Source of the DNA: Okamejei kenojei
Taxonomy: Eukaryota
Assembly: GCA_035221665.1 (NCBI GenBank)
Contig: CM069163.1
Coordinates: forward strand, 21,638,001-21,702,000
Direction: 5' to 3'
DNA length: 64,000 nucleotides
Positions 12,759 through 26,345 of the stretch are shown here, piece by piece; within the stretch, counting starts at the first letter, position 1; every line of letters begins with the position of its first letter. A program made the translations under genes and the position numbers. The notes under the pieces are model-generated. The model made no database searches, was not told the DNA's origin, and saw only the letters and a list, made by a program, of their open reading frames with translations.

Positions 12759-14576
12759 CAATGCCCTCCATAATGTTTGGGACAAAGACCCATCATTTAT
12801 TTATTTGCCTCTGTACTTCAGAATTTGAGATTTGTATAGGAAAAAAAATCACATGGTTAAAGTGCACAGTCAGATTTTAATAAAGGCCATTTTTATACAT
12901 TTTGGTTTCACTATATAGAAATTATAGCAGTGTTTATACGTAGTCCCGTCCCCCACCCCCATTTCAGGGCAGCATAATGTTTGGGACACACAAATGTCAT
13001 GTAAATGAAAGTAGTCAAGTTTAGTATTTTGTTGCATATCCTTTGTCTGCAATGACTGCTTGAAGTCAGCGATTCATGGACATCACCAGTTGCTGGGTGT
13101 CTTCTCTGGTGATGCTTTGCCAGGCCTGTATTGCAGCCATCTTTAGGTTATACTTGTTTTGGGGGCTAGTCCCCTTCAGTTTTCTCTTCAGCATATAAAA
13201 GGCATGCTCAATTGGGTTCAGATCGGGTGATTGACTTGGTCACTCAAGAATTGACAATTTTTTAGCTTTGAAAATCTCCTTTGTTGCTTTAGCAGTATGT
13301 TTTGGATCCTTGTCTTGCTGTAGAATGAACCGCCGGCCAGTGAGAGACTAGTGTTTCTCCCACTAGTCTTACTGTCTCCGCCTACATTCTATTTTTTTCC
13401 CGCCCCCTCCCTGACATTCTTCTGACGTCGCCCATTCCTTCTCTCCAGAGATGCTGCCTCACCCACTGAGTTACTCCAGCATTTTGTGTTTACCTTCGAT
13501 TTAAACCAGCATCTGCAGTTTTTTCCACAATGAGTTTTGAGGCATATGTTTGAACTTGAGCAGATAGGATGTGTCTATACACTTCAGAATACATTAAGCT
13601 ACCATCAGCAGTTGTATCATCAATGAAGATAAGTGAGCCAGTACCTTCAGCAGCCATACATGCCCAGGCCATAATACCCCCACCACTGTGTTTCACAGAT
13701 GAGGTGGTATGCTTTGGATCTTGGGCAGTTCCTTCTCTCCTCCATACTTTGCTCTTGCCATCACTGATATAAGTTAATCTTCGTCTCATCTGTCCACACG
13801 GCCTTTTTCCAGAACTGTGGTTACTCTTTTAAGTAGTTCCTGGCAATCTGTAACCTGGCCATCCTATTTTTGCGGTTAACCAGTGGTTTGCATCTTGCAG
13901 TGTAGCCTCTGTTTTCCTGATCATTAAGTCTTCTGCGGACAGTGGTCATTGACAAATCTACATCTGACTCCTGAAGAGTGTTTATGATCTGTCGGACAGA
14001 AGTTTGGGGATTTTTCTTTATTATAGAGAGAATTCTTCTGTCATCAGCTGTGGAATTATTCCTTGACCTGCCAGTCCCTTTGTGATTAGTAAGCTCACCA
14101 GTGCTCTCTTCTTAATGATGTTCCAAACAATTGATTTTGGTAACACTAAGGTTTGGCTGATGTCTCTAACAGTTTTATTCTTGTTTCTTAGTCTCATAAT
14201 GGCTTATTTGACTTTCATTGGCACAACTTTGGTCCTCATGTTGATAAACAGCAATAAAAGTTTCCAAAGGTGATGGAAAGACTGGAGGAAATACTAGTGC
14301 TGAGAGCTCTCTTATATCTGCATTAAGAAGGCAATTAAACACACCTGAGCAATTACAAACGCCTGTGAAGCCATGTGTCCCAAACATTATGGTGCCCTGA
14401 AATGGGGGGGACTATGTATGAACACAGCTGTAATTTCTACATGGTGAAATCAAAATGTATAAAAATAGCCTTTAATCAAATCTGACAATGTGCACTTTAA
14501 CCACATGTGATTCTTTTTAATTACAAATCTCAAATTGTGGAGTACAGAGGCAAATAAATGAATATGGAGGGCACTG
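12759..14576 (-). mobile_element. Tc1/mariner DNA transposon with long IR/DR-type TIRs (about 230 bp), inactivated
   Basis: TA|caatgccctccataatgtttgggaca ... tatggagggcactg; inner and outer repeats of ataatgtttgggaca. Confidence 0.9.
13021..14239 (-). pseudogene. Tc1 transposase pseudogene
   Basis: MRTKVVPMKVK*AIMRLRNKNKTVRDISQTL (paired-like HTH), VWRREGTAQDPKHTTSSVKHSGGGIMAWACM (DDE region), ends ADKGYATKY*; has stops and an insertion at about 13345-13530. Confidence 0.9.
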
Positions 14577-15076
14577 TCTGTGACTTTCACTCTGAAGATG
14601 GGTCCTGACCTAAAACGTCAGCTATCCGTGTTCTCCAGAGATGCTGCCTGCCCAGTTGAGTTACTCTGGTATTTAGTGTCTAATTAAAAGAATCTTCCCC
14701 AATAATACTAAATCACTTTCCATTGCCCACAAAAAGAATACATTTTATTGGACATTTTGATCTTTCATTTACCCTTTTTGTTTTAGCTGTTCTCAAACAT
14801 TTGGCTCTTAATGCACAAGATGCTTCACCTGCTTAAATAGTTGATACGTTTTGTAATCTAATAACATTTTCATCATCGTGACTGTCGTTTTCCAGTTAAA
14901 ATCTTGTTTTAAAATTATATTAATTTTTTGGGGGTTTCCTTTAAAAGTCAGATATCTCCAGAGCACTTTCAGATACTTAACAATATACTAGTGATCTTTC
15001 TTATATTCATATTGTCCTTGTATAAAGCTAATAATAGATATAAAAATGATTATTAATCCTTCCTATTTTGTTGCAG

Positions 15077-15106
15077 GAACTCAAAGGTGGAAAGGCATAC
15101 TCTAAG
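15077..15106 (+). CDS. EEIG1: EEIG1 coding exon 3 (30 nt)
   Basis: ttgcag| ELKGGKAYSK |gtaatg. Confidence 0.95.
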
Positions 15107-15211
15107 GTAATGTTACACACCTCCTGCATATGATATGTGTAAGCCTGAGGCTATGATGCAAAATTCAAGAGTTAATTTGGTCCAGATGTTAGTACTGTTC
15201 AACGTTCAAAT

Positions 15212-15505
15212 TGGCAAAGTGGCAGGTTGAGTAGCTGCCTTACAGAACCAGAGACCCTGGTTCAATCCTGACTACAGGTGCTGTATGTTTGGAGTTTGTA
15301 CATTCTCCATGTGACTGCTTGAGTTTTCTGTTGAGGTGCTCTGGTTTCCTCCCACACTCCAAAGACGTACAAGTTTGTAGGTTAATTGGCTTCTGTAAAT
15401 TGTCCCTAATGTGTTGGATATTGGGAGCATATGGGGTGATCTCTGGTCAGTGCAGACTCGGTGGGCCGAAGGGCCTGTTTCCCCACTGTATCTCTAAATT
15501 CTAAA
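15212..15505 (+). mobile_element. HE1-like V-SINE
   Basis: tRNA-like head with B-box ggttcaatcc, V-domain ggtgctctggtttcctcccaca, LINE-derived tail gggccgaagggcctgttt. Confidence 0.8.
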
Positions 15506-16703
15506 GCAAGAAAGAAAATGCTAATTTGTTAGGAAACCGCTTTGCTTAAAGGCAACAATTTATCAAGCCTGCTCCCACTTCTGTTGTTACTACTATTTTT
15601 AGCACAAATTTCCATTTGTCAAATCAATGCAAATGTTGCTGTCAAACCAGAGACTCGTGTTTCAGGTAATACAATTCTTAATGTTTGTGGGTTTATTCCC
15701 AATCCTGACCTTCCGAACATAATTTCAATTGATACTCCCAACGCACCAGTGAGTGAATACTGCACTTGTAAACACCATATCCCTTTGGATATGATGTTAA
15801 ACCAAGATCGTTGTCTGCATATTTTCCCAGTTGAGGCAAACATTAAATAAGTCACCTAGTAGCTTGTTATCCTGATTTTCCACAGATTTAGATTGTAATT
15901 TGTTTAATTTAAAAATAAATAAATAAATATGATCTCTCAGTCCCCCTTTCTATCAAGCTATGTGCACAAAATGATGTGCTTGATGTATTCCACGTAATTT
16001 TAAATAAGCCTCATCAAATATAACAGCTTAAAGTGTTTTTGAGAAATATGGTGAAGTTCAATATAAATGCAACCCCTTTCTGTTCACTCTTCAGATTAAC
16101 TGTGAGATTAGTAAATGCAGTAGATCGGGAAAAAATGACATGCTTATTGTCATCTCCAGATGTACTTAAGATTTTTAGCTCCTAGTAAAAATATAGTAAA
16201 TAGCTCCCAGTAAAAAAAACTCATAATTTTTATTCCAGTAAAATAGAGCAAAAAAAATGTTTGTCTTCACAAAAGTGAATGGTAATCGAATTAAAATAAT
16301 GTTCCTCAATAATACTAAATCGCTTTTCATTGTGCCCGAAAGGAATACATTGAATTGTCCATCATTCTGGTTCTCAACAGTGAAATAATTTTTCTAGCAG
16401 TCACAATGTTGCCAGTTACAGTTGCAATGGTGAGGCTGCAGTTAATGTAAATGCACATTTCCCTTTGGCCATGACCTCAGCTGGGTTATTCGATATGCAC
16501 CAAGTTCATCACTGAATTTTTAAGGGTATCATTTTGCTACAATTAGTGAATATTCATCTTGAGACTTATATCATCAAGGCAGTAATACTAATAGAAACGC
16601 TTATCTTGAGATCATCTCTTGCTAGGCAGTAATTGAGGATATCTTTTAAGTACTTTTGAAAAAAGTAGAAGAATGTGGTCTGTATTTTTATTAAATAAGC
16701 TAA

Positions 16704-17492
16704 AGGGGCTGTCCCACTTGCGCAACCTAATCTGCGAGTTAGAAGAGTGTCTTCGACCTTCAAACTTGCAGCATGATCGCCACGTGGTCCTAGGAGGTCC
16801 TATGAATGACACTGGAACTCTCCTTCATGCTCGAGGGAAGTTCCCGAATACTCGTGGCCACAGCTAGGTCGCGGAAAATGTTTCAGCATGTTGAAAAATT
16901 TTCCGCGAGTAAAATTTGGTCGGCATGGTTCTTTTGAACTCGTAGTGCAGTGGAGTGGGGTCACTATGTAGTTACAGGCAGTCGAGGGCAGTCGTAGGAA
17001 ATCTCCTTCGCTGATCGGGCATTTTGATTGGCTCATTGGAGATTTCAGGACCTAGGAAAACCGACTGGTAGGTAAAATGTCCGCTAAACTTTATTATACT
17101 TCTTAAAAGTGTCTCTCCATCCCTGCTTCTCCATCCCTTCTGCTTCTGCTTCTCCATCCCTTCTCCCCACCTTCTCTCTCTCCTTCTCTCCCCTTCTCTC
17201 TTTCTCTCTCCTTCTCTCTCTTTCTCTCTCACCCCCCCCTCTGCTCTCTAAAGGACTTACCGTACACTGTGGCGGCCGTTTACCTTCTTCTTCATCGTGC
17301 AGACAGCGCTCCCCCGCTTTCCCTGGCCCCCGCCTTTGCGATGTGTTTGTGTATGGTTGGTCGATCCAGCTCGCGGTTTCAACGTGGGCGTTCGATCCAG
17401 CTCGAGACTTTCCAGGCGAGTGTCCTCCAGCTTGAAGGTCGAAGAAACTCTTCTTAACTCACGGATTAGGTCACCGCAGTGGGACAGCCCCT
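16704..17492. mobile_element. PIF/Harbinger non-autonomous element (MITE)
   Basis: TIRs AGGGGCTGTCCCACT.../...AGTGGGACAGCCCCT (imperfect to about 60 bp); TAA target-site duplication at 16701-16703 and 17493-17495. Confidence 0.85.
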
Positions 17493-18945
17493 TAAGGGAG
17501 AGGAGTGTTTCCATGATACATAATATTTTTGTATTGATTCATGCAGAGCAAGCATTTTAAATGTGGTATAACATTTTGAGATTCTAAGGTTGAATATTGC
17601 ATGCCGATCTGGACTTTATTTTAAATACCCTGAACCTTTAATTACTCTGAACTGGTTTTTCTTCTTGTGGAATGAATCCTTACCCTTCCCTCCCTCCCTC
17701 CATTTAAAAAAATGTTTGCACATATTCATTTATTTTCTGCTGGTCTTCCTGCTCTGGTTTCCAGGGTCATCAGTCCAGAACGTTGACTGCTTCATGCTGC
17801 TAAATGATTCAAGGAATTTTCCTTCTGCCAGATATAGCGTACTAAGAAATTGACTGCATTTGGTATCTTGATATTAAAATTGGTAAGGTCAATAAATGTG
17901 TTAGTGCACTAAAGCAGGAAACTAAATGAGGAATTGCCTGCTAAGACTCTGATAATTTGTGATAGATTTGCCTCCTTAGTTTTATTGACCTTGGGTTTCG
18001 GATCAAGTACAATACAGTGAATTTAAATGACAGCTTGCCCACGAAAAATCTGGACAGTGAAAGGTTTTTTTTAATTTACATATAGCTGAAAAACTATATA
18101 AATATGGATTATATTTGGTACAGACAACACTGGTTTTCCTTCTGTTTTGTATCTGTATTTTTTCTGTGAACAAGGGCTTAGTGTTTTTTTTTTGCCATGG
18201 TGAATTATGTGAGAATGATTCTTTTAAGAGAAATTATATATTTTTTTCAATCATTTTGCCTATCCTTGCCCTATCACCAGACAGTTTTAAAGCACATTAT
18301 TTCCCCCTCCATTTCCCCACCCCCCCCCCCCCCCCCCTCCATTTCCCCACTTAATTCCTTCTTGTATTTGGTGCCTTCTGTTAATTGCATTATGTTTGCA
18401 GCACGTTAAAGCTGAAACAGTCAGAAGCACTGCTGAAGGACTTTTCAATTTCTTTTCCTCCATCTCCAGAAATGAGCTTGCCTGACATTTTAACCACAAA
18501 TGGATCAAGCTACAATGGATACATGTGCATTTAATAATTTCAGCATATTTTTGCCTTCAGGAACAATGCAACCTTTCCTGGCATTTGCTTACCATGATAG
18601 GTTTTCTGACATAAATCTTGAATGACAAGAGACTTTAAAGTTTCCCCAGCCTGAGGAAGTATTTGTGCACCATGCTGATAAGGCAATCCTCTTGTTAGAA
18701 ACTCATTAAGAATCCACTTGACTCTTTGGAGATTTGTGTAGTTCGTAGTTTGAATTTATTATCTTACTTTTCTCCTGTTCTCCAGTTCATACCTGCTGTA
18801 ATGACAGCAACAGGGTACTTGTATGATGCCCCTCTCAGAGTGGAACATTATCAAATAAACAATATGGGTTGGTTATGGGATAACTATATTGCATTGACCC
18901 TTAGAAGCACTTATCTATTTTTGGGTACATTGAATATCAGATAGC

Positions 18946-19245
18946 TTAGTTTAGTTTAGAGATACCACACGGAAACAAGCCCTTTGGCCCACAGAGTCCG
19001 CACCGACCCGCGATCCCCACACATTAACACTTCCCTACACACATTAGGGACATTTTTTTACATTTATACCAAGCCAATTAACCTACAAACCTGTATGTCG
19101 CTGGAATGTGGGAGGAAACCAAAGTTCTTGGAGAAAACCCACGCAGGTCACAGGGAGAACATACAGACAAGCACCCGTAGCCAGGATCGTACCTGGGTCT
19201 CTGGTGCTATAAGGCAGCAACTCTACTGCTGCGCCACCATGACAC
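18946..19245 (-). mobile_element. HE1-like V-SINE
   Basis: Antisense V-domain tgtgggaggaaacc and (tttag)n tail. Confidence 0.8.
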
Positions 19246-19439
19246 CCTCATAGCTGGGAAAGTAGTGCAGTATTTCGATAACCCAAATGCACAAGTGCAC
19301 TTTTACCTCTATGTAGAAAGCACAGTATAATCTTGTGTATGTGATGGGGTGGGAGAAAAAAATGATGAACATTCATATGAACAAACTAAACACAGGGGTA
19401 GACTATGCAACCTCACAAGCCAGCTCTGCAAATTCATAA

Positions 19440-20090
19440 TATTGTAGATCTGATTGTAATCACAATTGCCCTTTCCCATGTAACCTTCCATCCCCTTGCT
19501 TATCAAGAACCCATCTATCTGAAGGGTCTCGACCCGAAACGTCACCTATTCCTTCGCTCCATAGATGCTGTTTCACCCGCTGAGTTTCTCCAGCATTTTT
19601 GTCTACCTTCGATTTTTCCAATATCTGCAGTTCTTTCTTAAATATCTGTCTCATATTTTAAAGACTGCTTCTGTCTCCCTTTTAGAGGAGGAAAGTTCCA
19701 AAGACTTCCAACCCCTCCCCTCCCAAAAAATGCACCTCAATTGTGTCTTAAATGGGCAATTTTAAACAATTTTTAAACAATGGCCCATGGATCTAAATTT
19801 TCCACGGGAGGAAATATCTTCTTCATGTCCACTCTGTTATGATCCCTCAGGACCTTGTGTTTAATCAAGTCACTTCTTACTCTTCTAAATACCAGCCAGA
19901 TCAAGTCCAGTCAATCCAACCTTTCCTGATAAGACAAATTAGTAATTCCAGGTACAAGTTTGGTAAATCCTCTGCTGAATTATTTCCAAGGCATTTATAT
20001 CCTCCCTTAAATGTAGGGACCGATATTACAAGCAGTAGCGCACAATGTGTCTTGCCAGTGCCCTACGTAACTGAAGTATAACCTCCCTGC
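19440..20090 (-). mobile_element. Old CR1 3' fragment interrupted by a Penelope-type repeat (19518-19640, +)
   Basis: Antisense CR1 tail motifs flank gaagggtctcgacccgaaacgtcacc... Confidence 0.55.
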
Positions 20091-20499
20091 TTTGGTACTC
20101 AATTCCCCCAGCAAAAAATTATAATATTCTCTGTTTGCTTTAGTTGATTAGCAACCGGATAAGAACTGATCAATTATGGTAATTAGTTTGAATCACGGGT
20201 AGTAGATTGTTATTCACGACTGTGTAGATCAATGCATCTGTAAATTATGTTAATGGATACACATTTGAACTCCGTGCTTGTTTTTTCATTATAAAGACAG
20301 CGGCTTACCCTGACTCCCTACGTACGTAACAACCTTAAAGGGGATTTAAAAAAAATTATGATGTAATTTGTTTTAATTGCAGTAGCTGGCTGTTTTACCT
20401 GAGCTCATAGTAAAGGAGAAAATGTGTTACTCTGACCATAAGAGGGACATATTCATTGAAAGCACTTTGATATTGTTGTTAGGACATTTTTTCAAATAC

Positions 20500-21175
20500 T
20501 TTATACAATGTAATACCGTTTATTGTCATTTGAACCTCAAATGAAGTTCAAACTAAATTTGACACACAATTGACACGATTTCCACAAGCATCCATCACAG
20601 TGAATTTCCTCCTCACTGTGATGGAAGGCAAAGTAATTTGCTCTCCTCTGTTTCCCATTCTTTTCACGATTTAAAGCCCCCGGCGGGCGATGGCAAGTCC
20701 CGCGGCCGTTAAGGCCGTGCGGGGCGATGTGATGTAAGGCCCTGCTACGGGTCTTGATGTTGGAGCCCCCGGCGGGCGATGGCAAGTCCCGCGGCCGTTA
20801 AAGCCGCGCCGGGCGATGTAAGGCCTCGCTCCGGGTCGTTTTCAACCCCACAATTCAGGCGGAGAAGTTATCGTTGCGGGAGCTCCGAAAAGCGGTCTCC
20901 CACCAGGGACCCGCGAGCTCCCGATGTCACCGTCCACCGGGCCTGCGGCTGGAGCCTCCGAAGCTCCGAAGTTGGGTTGCAGCCGCGCGCCACCACAGCT
21001 CTCCACGCTCCGAAGCCAGCCAGCTCCACGATGGTGAGTCCGCAGGCTCCGCGACTGGAGCCCCCAGATCGTTCCGGTTGGAGGCCGCTCCACGGTGCTA
21101 GGCCCCAACGACAACGGAGACCCGACAGGGAAAAGGTCGGGTCCCGCGTACAGGGAAGAGATTTAAAAGATTCTT
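20500..21175 (-). mobile_element. GC-rich non-autonomous retroposon / LINE-derived insertion
   Basis: GC island in an AT-rich intron; AATAAA plus simple tail on the - strand; shares ccatcacagtga..cctcactgtgatggaaggc with 25379-26140; internal duplication of about 90 bp. Confidence 0.6.
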
Positions 21176-21736
21176 TAGTCTTTTAAATTTCTGTCATTTT
21201 TTCCCCCATTTATCAACAAGAGTCTGAATTTTGGATTTGACCTGATCTTGTAGTTTACAAAGCAATACAACTTTACGGTCTGAATTTTCAAGTCAAATGT
21301 ACACCTATGATTTTAGTTTATATTTAATTTAATTGTTAAGAGTGATTATAGAATAGTTTTTGCTGTTGCTTGACCAAATCGGCATGTACAGTGCATTTTG
21401 CTGGTTAATCATTAATGCATAAGCATTGTTTTACAGTACTTCCTGGAAAAATCCTGCCTGTTTGTAGAGGCATCTATCTGCTCAGGCAGTTTTCCTGCCC
21501 ATGAAAACGTATTTTAATTGTAGAATGGAAAAATGAAGTTTAGGATTAAGGACTTAAATCTGAATAACAATGAACCTATTGTGTGTTGGACTGTTTCCAG
21601 TAATGGTTATAGTCAACACAGTGTTTTAGAAAAAGTGAGAACACTTATAGTTATGGTTTAAGAACATGAAGATAAATTACTTTTGGTTTCAATGGGTTTT
21701 GTTGTTCACAAGTACTGGTCAGGATAACTATGTTAA

Positions 21737-21883
<147 letters not shown>

Positions 21884-23539
21884 TAATTGCTGATAGAGAA
21901 CATTGATGTTTAAAGTAGAAAAAGCAATGACATGTTTAAAACAAAGTCTTAGCTCCTGTGTGAATGTTCAAAATTATTCAGTTTCTTATAAAATCAGGGC
22001 AGGTTTTATGCCTTGCCCAATTTTTTATCTGGTGTCACACCCTTGTGATTCCCTGTGTGATCTTGGCCTTAAATATATTAAATTACCATTGAAATTCTAT
22101 ACATCAAGGAACTATGGATGCTCAAACATTTGCAACTTGCTGAGTTGGTGTAAAACAAATCCCTTTAATTTCTGGTCTGGAGACTAAAGACCCTAGCTCT
22201 GGAACACAGTTAGAAGAAATGGCTGCTTAGCATTTACTTTGTCACTGCCTGAGAATCTTGTATGTTTCAATGTGGTCACCTCTCATTCTTCTAAAAAAGG
22301 GAATGGTACTTGTGTAACATTTTTCATGCATGCATTCCTTAAAAGGCAGGGATTAAATAGAGTAAATCTCAATTGCATTGTTCCAACGTGATGTATTCTT
22401 AGGCAAGGAGACCAGAACAGTGCAATGTTATCAGATGTCGTCATATAAAAGCCCCACACTATTACAGCATGAATTCCATTCCTTTGTGCTCCAACTGCCT
22501 ATGTGTTGTACCAGCATACTAACATGTTGCATTTCAGGTACCTACACTCCCTGTGCCTTGATAGCAGGTGGATTGCTGTCTAGACTCTAGACTGCAGAAC
22601 CTTTGAAGAAATATTGCACTGTGGTCATCAGTAGATCACCACACCACTAACAAAGCGGAAGCAAATTACCCCTCCCCCCCAGCTTCCAGTACATAATGGG
22701 GCTGAAGGCACTGGGTAGCATGCGATTCCATTGTGGAACACCAGTTAGCTGCAGTGTATGTGTGATTGTGTTCTGGATTTCTGCACGCGCACATCAGGAC
22801 ATGATAGCACTCCTAGCTCCATACACTTTGGGCTGAATGACGAGATTTACTTAATAACTATTCCTACAGCTTTATGACTGCCACAGCTGGAACATCTGGC
22901 ATAACACACTTATGAGTAGGATCACCAATCTTCTCCAAACGTTTTTTATAATACCTCATTAAAGCCTTAAAGATAATTAAAATACATTTGTAAAGTTGAA
23001 TACAGTTCTGAGTTTTAATGTCATTATTTTTTACCATTTCTATCATTATTTAAATATTTTTCTGTTGTACCTAAATATCTTTGATTGTAAACATTTGGAA
23101 ACATTGGCAAGGCCAGGCAGCACAAGCTTTCAGTAAGCCATCAGGGTAGTCTGTGGCCTTCATTTGGTCTAGGCATTGTTTGCAAACTGCTCTGTCTTCC
23201 TTAGCAGCCGCAGCACTGCAGCCAGCAGGGCACTGCCAGCCCTGCAACAAAATATAAGATGTGACTGTGACCATCCCAGGAGAAATGCAGGTTTGGTCCA
23301 GCACAGTCCAACCCACTTTCAAAATATATTATCAAACAAAGTAATTATAAGAGGTAGACAAAAATGCTGGAGAAACTCAGCGGGTGAGGTAGCATCTATG
23401 GAGCGAAGGAAATAGGCAACGTTTCGGGCCGAAAACCTTTCTTCAGAATTATAGTAATTATAGGACTTGAGTTTTTGATGATTTCTAGTATTTCTGTTTG
23501 AGATTATTTGATTCTGGATTAAATTACTAGAGCAAATAA

Positions 23540-23920
23540 GTCATATGGGCTGGAAACAGGCCCTTCAGCTCAACTTGCCCATGCCAACCAACATGCACCA
23601 TCTACACTAGTCCCACCTGCCTGCATTTGACCCATATCCTTCCAAACCTATCCTATCCATGTACCTATCCATTTAAAAAAAAAACCATGTGATAGTACCC
23701 ACAACTACCTCCTCTGGCAGCTCGTTCCATATACCCCCCCCCACACTTTGTGTAAAGAAAAGTTACCCATCGTGTTCCTATTAAATCTTCCCCCCCTTAC
23801 CTTAAACCTATGTCCACTGGTTCTTGATTCCCCGTTTCTGGTTAAAATACTCTGCATTTACACAATCTATTGCCCTCACGATTTTATACACCTCTATAAG
23901 ATCACCCCTTATCCTCCTGA
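23540..23920 (-). mobile_element. CR1 3' fragment
   Basis: Antisense RGDLIEVYKIMR...RGHRFKVRG motif. Confidence 0.75.
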
Positions 23921-24033
23921 TGAGCAGATTGCTGCTTAATCCTTCAATCAGTTGCTATTCTCAGGGCTACAGGTGATGATTATTTTAGCAGATGTCTTAT
24001 CATGTTTTTTACACTAGCTGTTTTGTTTTGCAG

Positions 24034-24080
24034 GTCACTATAGGTATGCAACTATTGTCAGGAGATCCATGCTTCAAAAC
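24034..24080 (+). CDS. EEIG1: EEIG1 coding exon 5
   Basis: ttgcag| VTIGMQLLSGDPCFK(T) |gtaagt. Confidence 0.96.
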
Positions 24081-25263
24081 GTAAGTGTTTTAATGCCCAC
24101 CTTAGTTCATGAATTCTGCACAGATGTGGCTGGGTTCATACAACAAAAGAAAGCAGGTTTTTCCAAATATTATAGTTTAAGAGCAATTAATTCACTGCCA
24201 TATCTCAAATGTCTATTTGACTTGATCTAATGTTCTCTAGAGACATTTATTGATGCAGGATTACCAGCAGAGTAACTGTCCACGGAGGCCTAGGTCTATG
24301 CCTCATTCTTCTTGTTTGCAATAACTATGAATCAGCAGTTGATGGGAGAGCAGTGGAAATCTATTTGCAGGTAGAGGCAAAATGCTGGAGTAACTCAGCG
24401 GGATAGGCAGCAACTATGGAGAGAAGGACTGCGAATCTATTTACAATTTGGCTGTCCTCACACCCACAAATCCAGGCGCTAGATGTTATGAGAAACAAAG
24501 ATTGAAAATGATAATCTAGGTCATTTGTCCTCTAATATACAAAATGAAACGGTTACTAATATAATTAAATAATGTTATGAGTCTTTGTAAAGAAATTAGC
24601 TTTCCAAACATTGATGGAAACAGCAATAAAAAAGCACACATTGAAAACCGGTTTAATTTGAGTGTTTGATCACTTGCCTCCAAATAGAAACCTTTTAACA
24701 AAATGGCTAAAATTGGATTCTCAGTTGGTATTACTTGCTGTTTGTGATGCAATTGTTTGAAGAGTAGAGAGTTGGAAGCAAGAGTTGGTAAAAATGTATA
24801 TAAGTAAACTGGTGAATAGAGCATTTAATTTGTGCTAATTTTTGTGGGGTTGTGAATTATATAGTCTCTAGAAAGCCTCGGTTGTTTGTTCCCAAATAGA
24901 CTCCTTGTTCAGGGATTCCTGTAGATCAATGATGGTAATAATACATTCTTTTGGGGATTGCCGTATGTGACCAGAAAGGAATCAGTGAATCTTTCAAAAT
25001 GGATGTGTGTTGCACTGTGTTGGATGCCGCTAATTGGTTTTATACTCTCCTGCCGTGGGAATTTACTTTTATTGATTTAGTTGCATTCCAAAAATAATTA
25101 TTGAGTGTAGTGGAGCTGCACATCGCTCTCTATATACTTAGTGTAGATATCTGATATTTAAAGAAACTTGGAGAAAAAATATGCTTTTAATTAATAGTCA
25201 CTAATCTAAATATTTCTCTCTGGTAAATTTTAATGAAACATTTCTGCAATTATGATGGCTATG

Positions 25264-26345
25264 AGCAGCACAGCGGTGCAGCTGGTAGAGCCGCTGCCTC
25301 ATAGCGTGGGAAACATGGGCTCAATCCTAACCTTAGGCGCTGTCTGTGTGGAGTTTGTACATTCTTCTTTGTGACCATAAAACAATACAATACAATAATA
25401 CTTTATTAACCAGGTATGTTCTCCAACATACGAGGAATTTCATTTGCCAAGTCAGACATACAAATAAAAAGCAACAAGGCACACAAAATACATTTTAACA
25501 TAAACATCCACCACAGTGACGACTCCACATTCCTCACTGTGATGGAAGGCGAAATAAAAGTTCAATCTCTTCCCATCTTTGTCCTCCCTCTGTCGGCGGC
25601 CTCGAGCCTTCCGTTGACGGGACGATCTTACTCCCGTAGCCGACGCCGTTCGGGCTCTCCTCGCTGGGGCGATCACTCCTGCATTGGGGGGTGGGGGAGG
25701 GTAATCTCAGCTCCCCTGCGCCAAGCAATCTGACCCTGGGTTGGGGCTGGTCGAACCTTCTGTGTCGTTGGAGCACCTGACATCCATGGTCTCTCGCGAG
25801 ACTGTGACCACTTGATGGTAAAGTTCGCAGGCCGCAGTTGGAGCGATCCCAGGCAAAGGGATTGGCTCCGATGGTAATTCCACGCCCCGGGGTAGGGTTC
25901 AAAATCAGTCCCGAGCAAGGCCTCCAACTCCAAGATGTTAGGATGCAGAGCAACCGGAGATACAACCTGGAAGGTAATTGCATCTCTAGCAGGATAAGAG
26001 ATTGAAAAACCACTCCCCCTCCCCCACATAAAACAAAACAGAGAACATAAAACAAACTTTCAAAACAGACCAAAAAGTAACAAAAAAATCAGGCAGACTG
26101 TTGGCGAGGCTGCCAATCCCTGGGTTAGTGTTTCCAATAATAAGTGTTTCTTCTGGGTACTGTGTCCTCCCACATCCCAAAAACATACAGGTGTGTAGGT
26201 TGTTTGGCCTCTGTAAATTGCCCGTAGGATGTCGGGAGTGGATGCGAAAGTGGATAACAGAACTAGTGTGAATAGGTGATTGATGATCAGTGTGGACTTG
26301 GTGGGCCGTAGGGCCTGTTTCCATGCCATAACTCTAAACTAAAAA
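25264..26345 (+). mobile_element. HE1-like V-SINE split by a GC-rich antisense retroposon insertion (about 25379-26140)
   Basis: SINE head 25264-25378 and SINE V-domain/tail 26145-26345 join when the insert is removed; the insert begins with (acaat)n ctttatt. Confidence 0.7.

Noticed and set aside
15212-15290. tRNA genes
   Set aside because: B-box-containing heads of V-SINEs; no complete cloverleaf
20779-21186. GC-rich ORFs here and at 25534-26073, 17109-17560 and 63084-63440
   Set aside because: All lie inside non-coding repeats, show no recognisable domain and have no splice support
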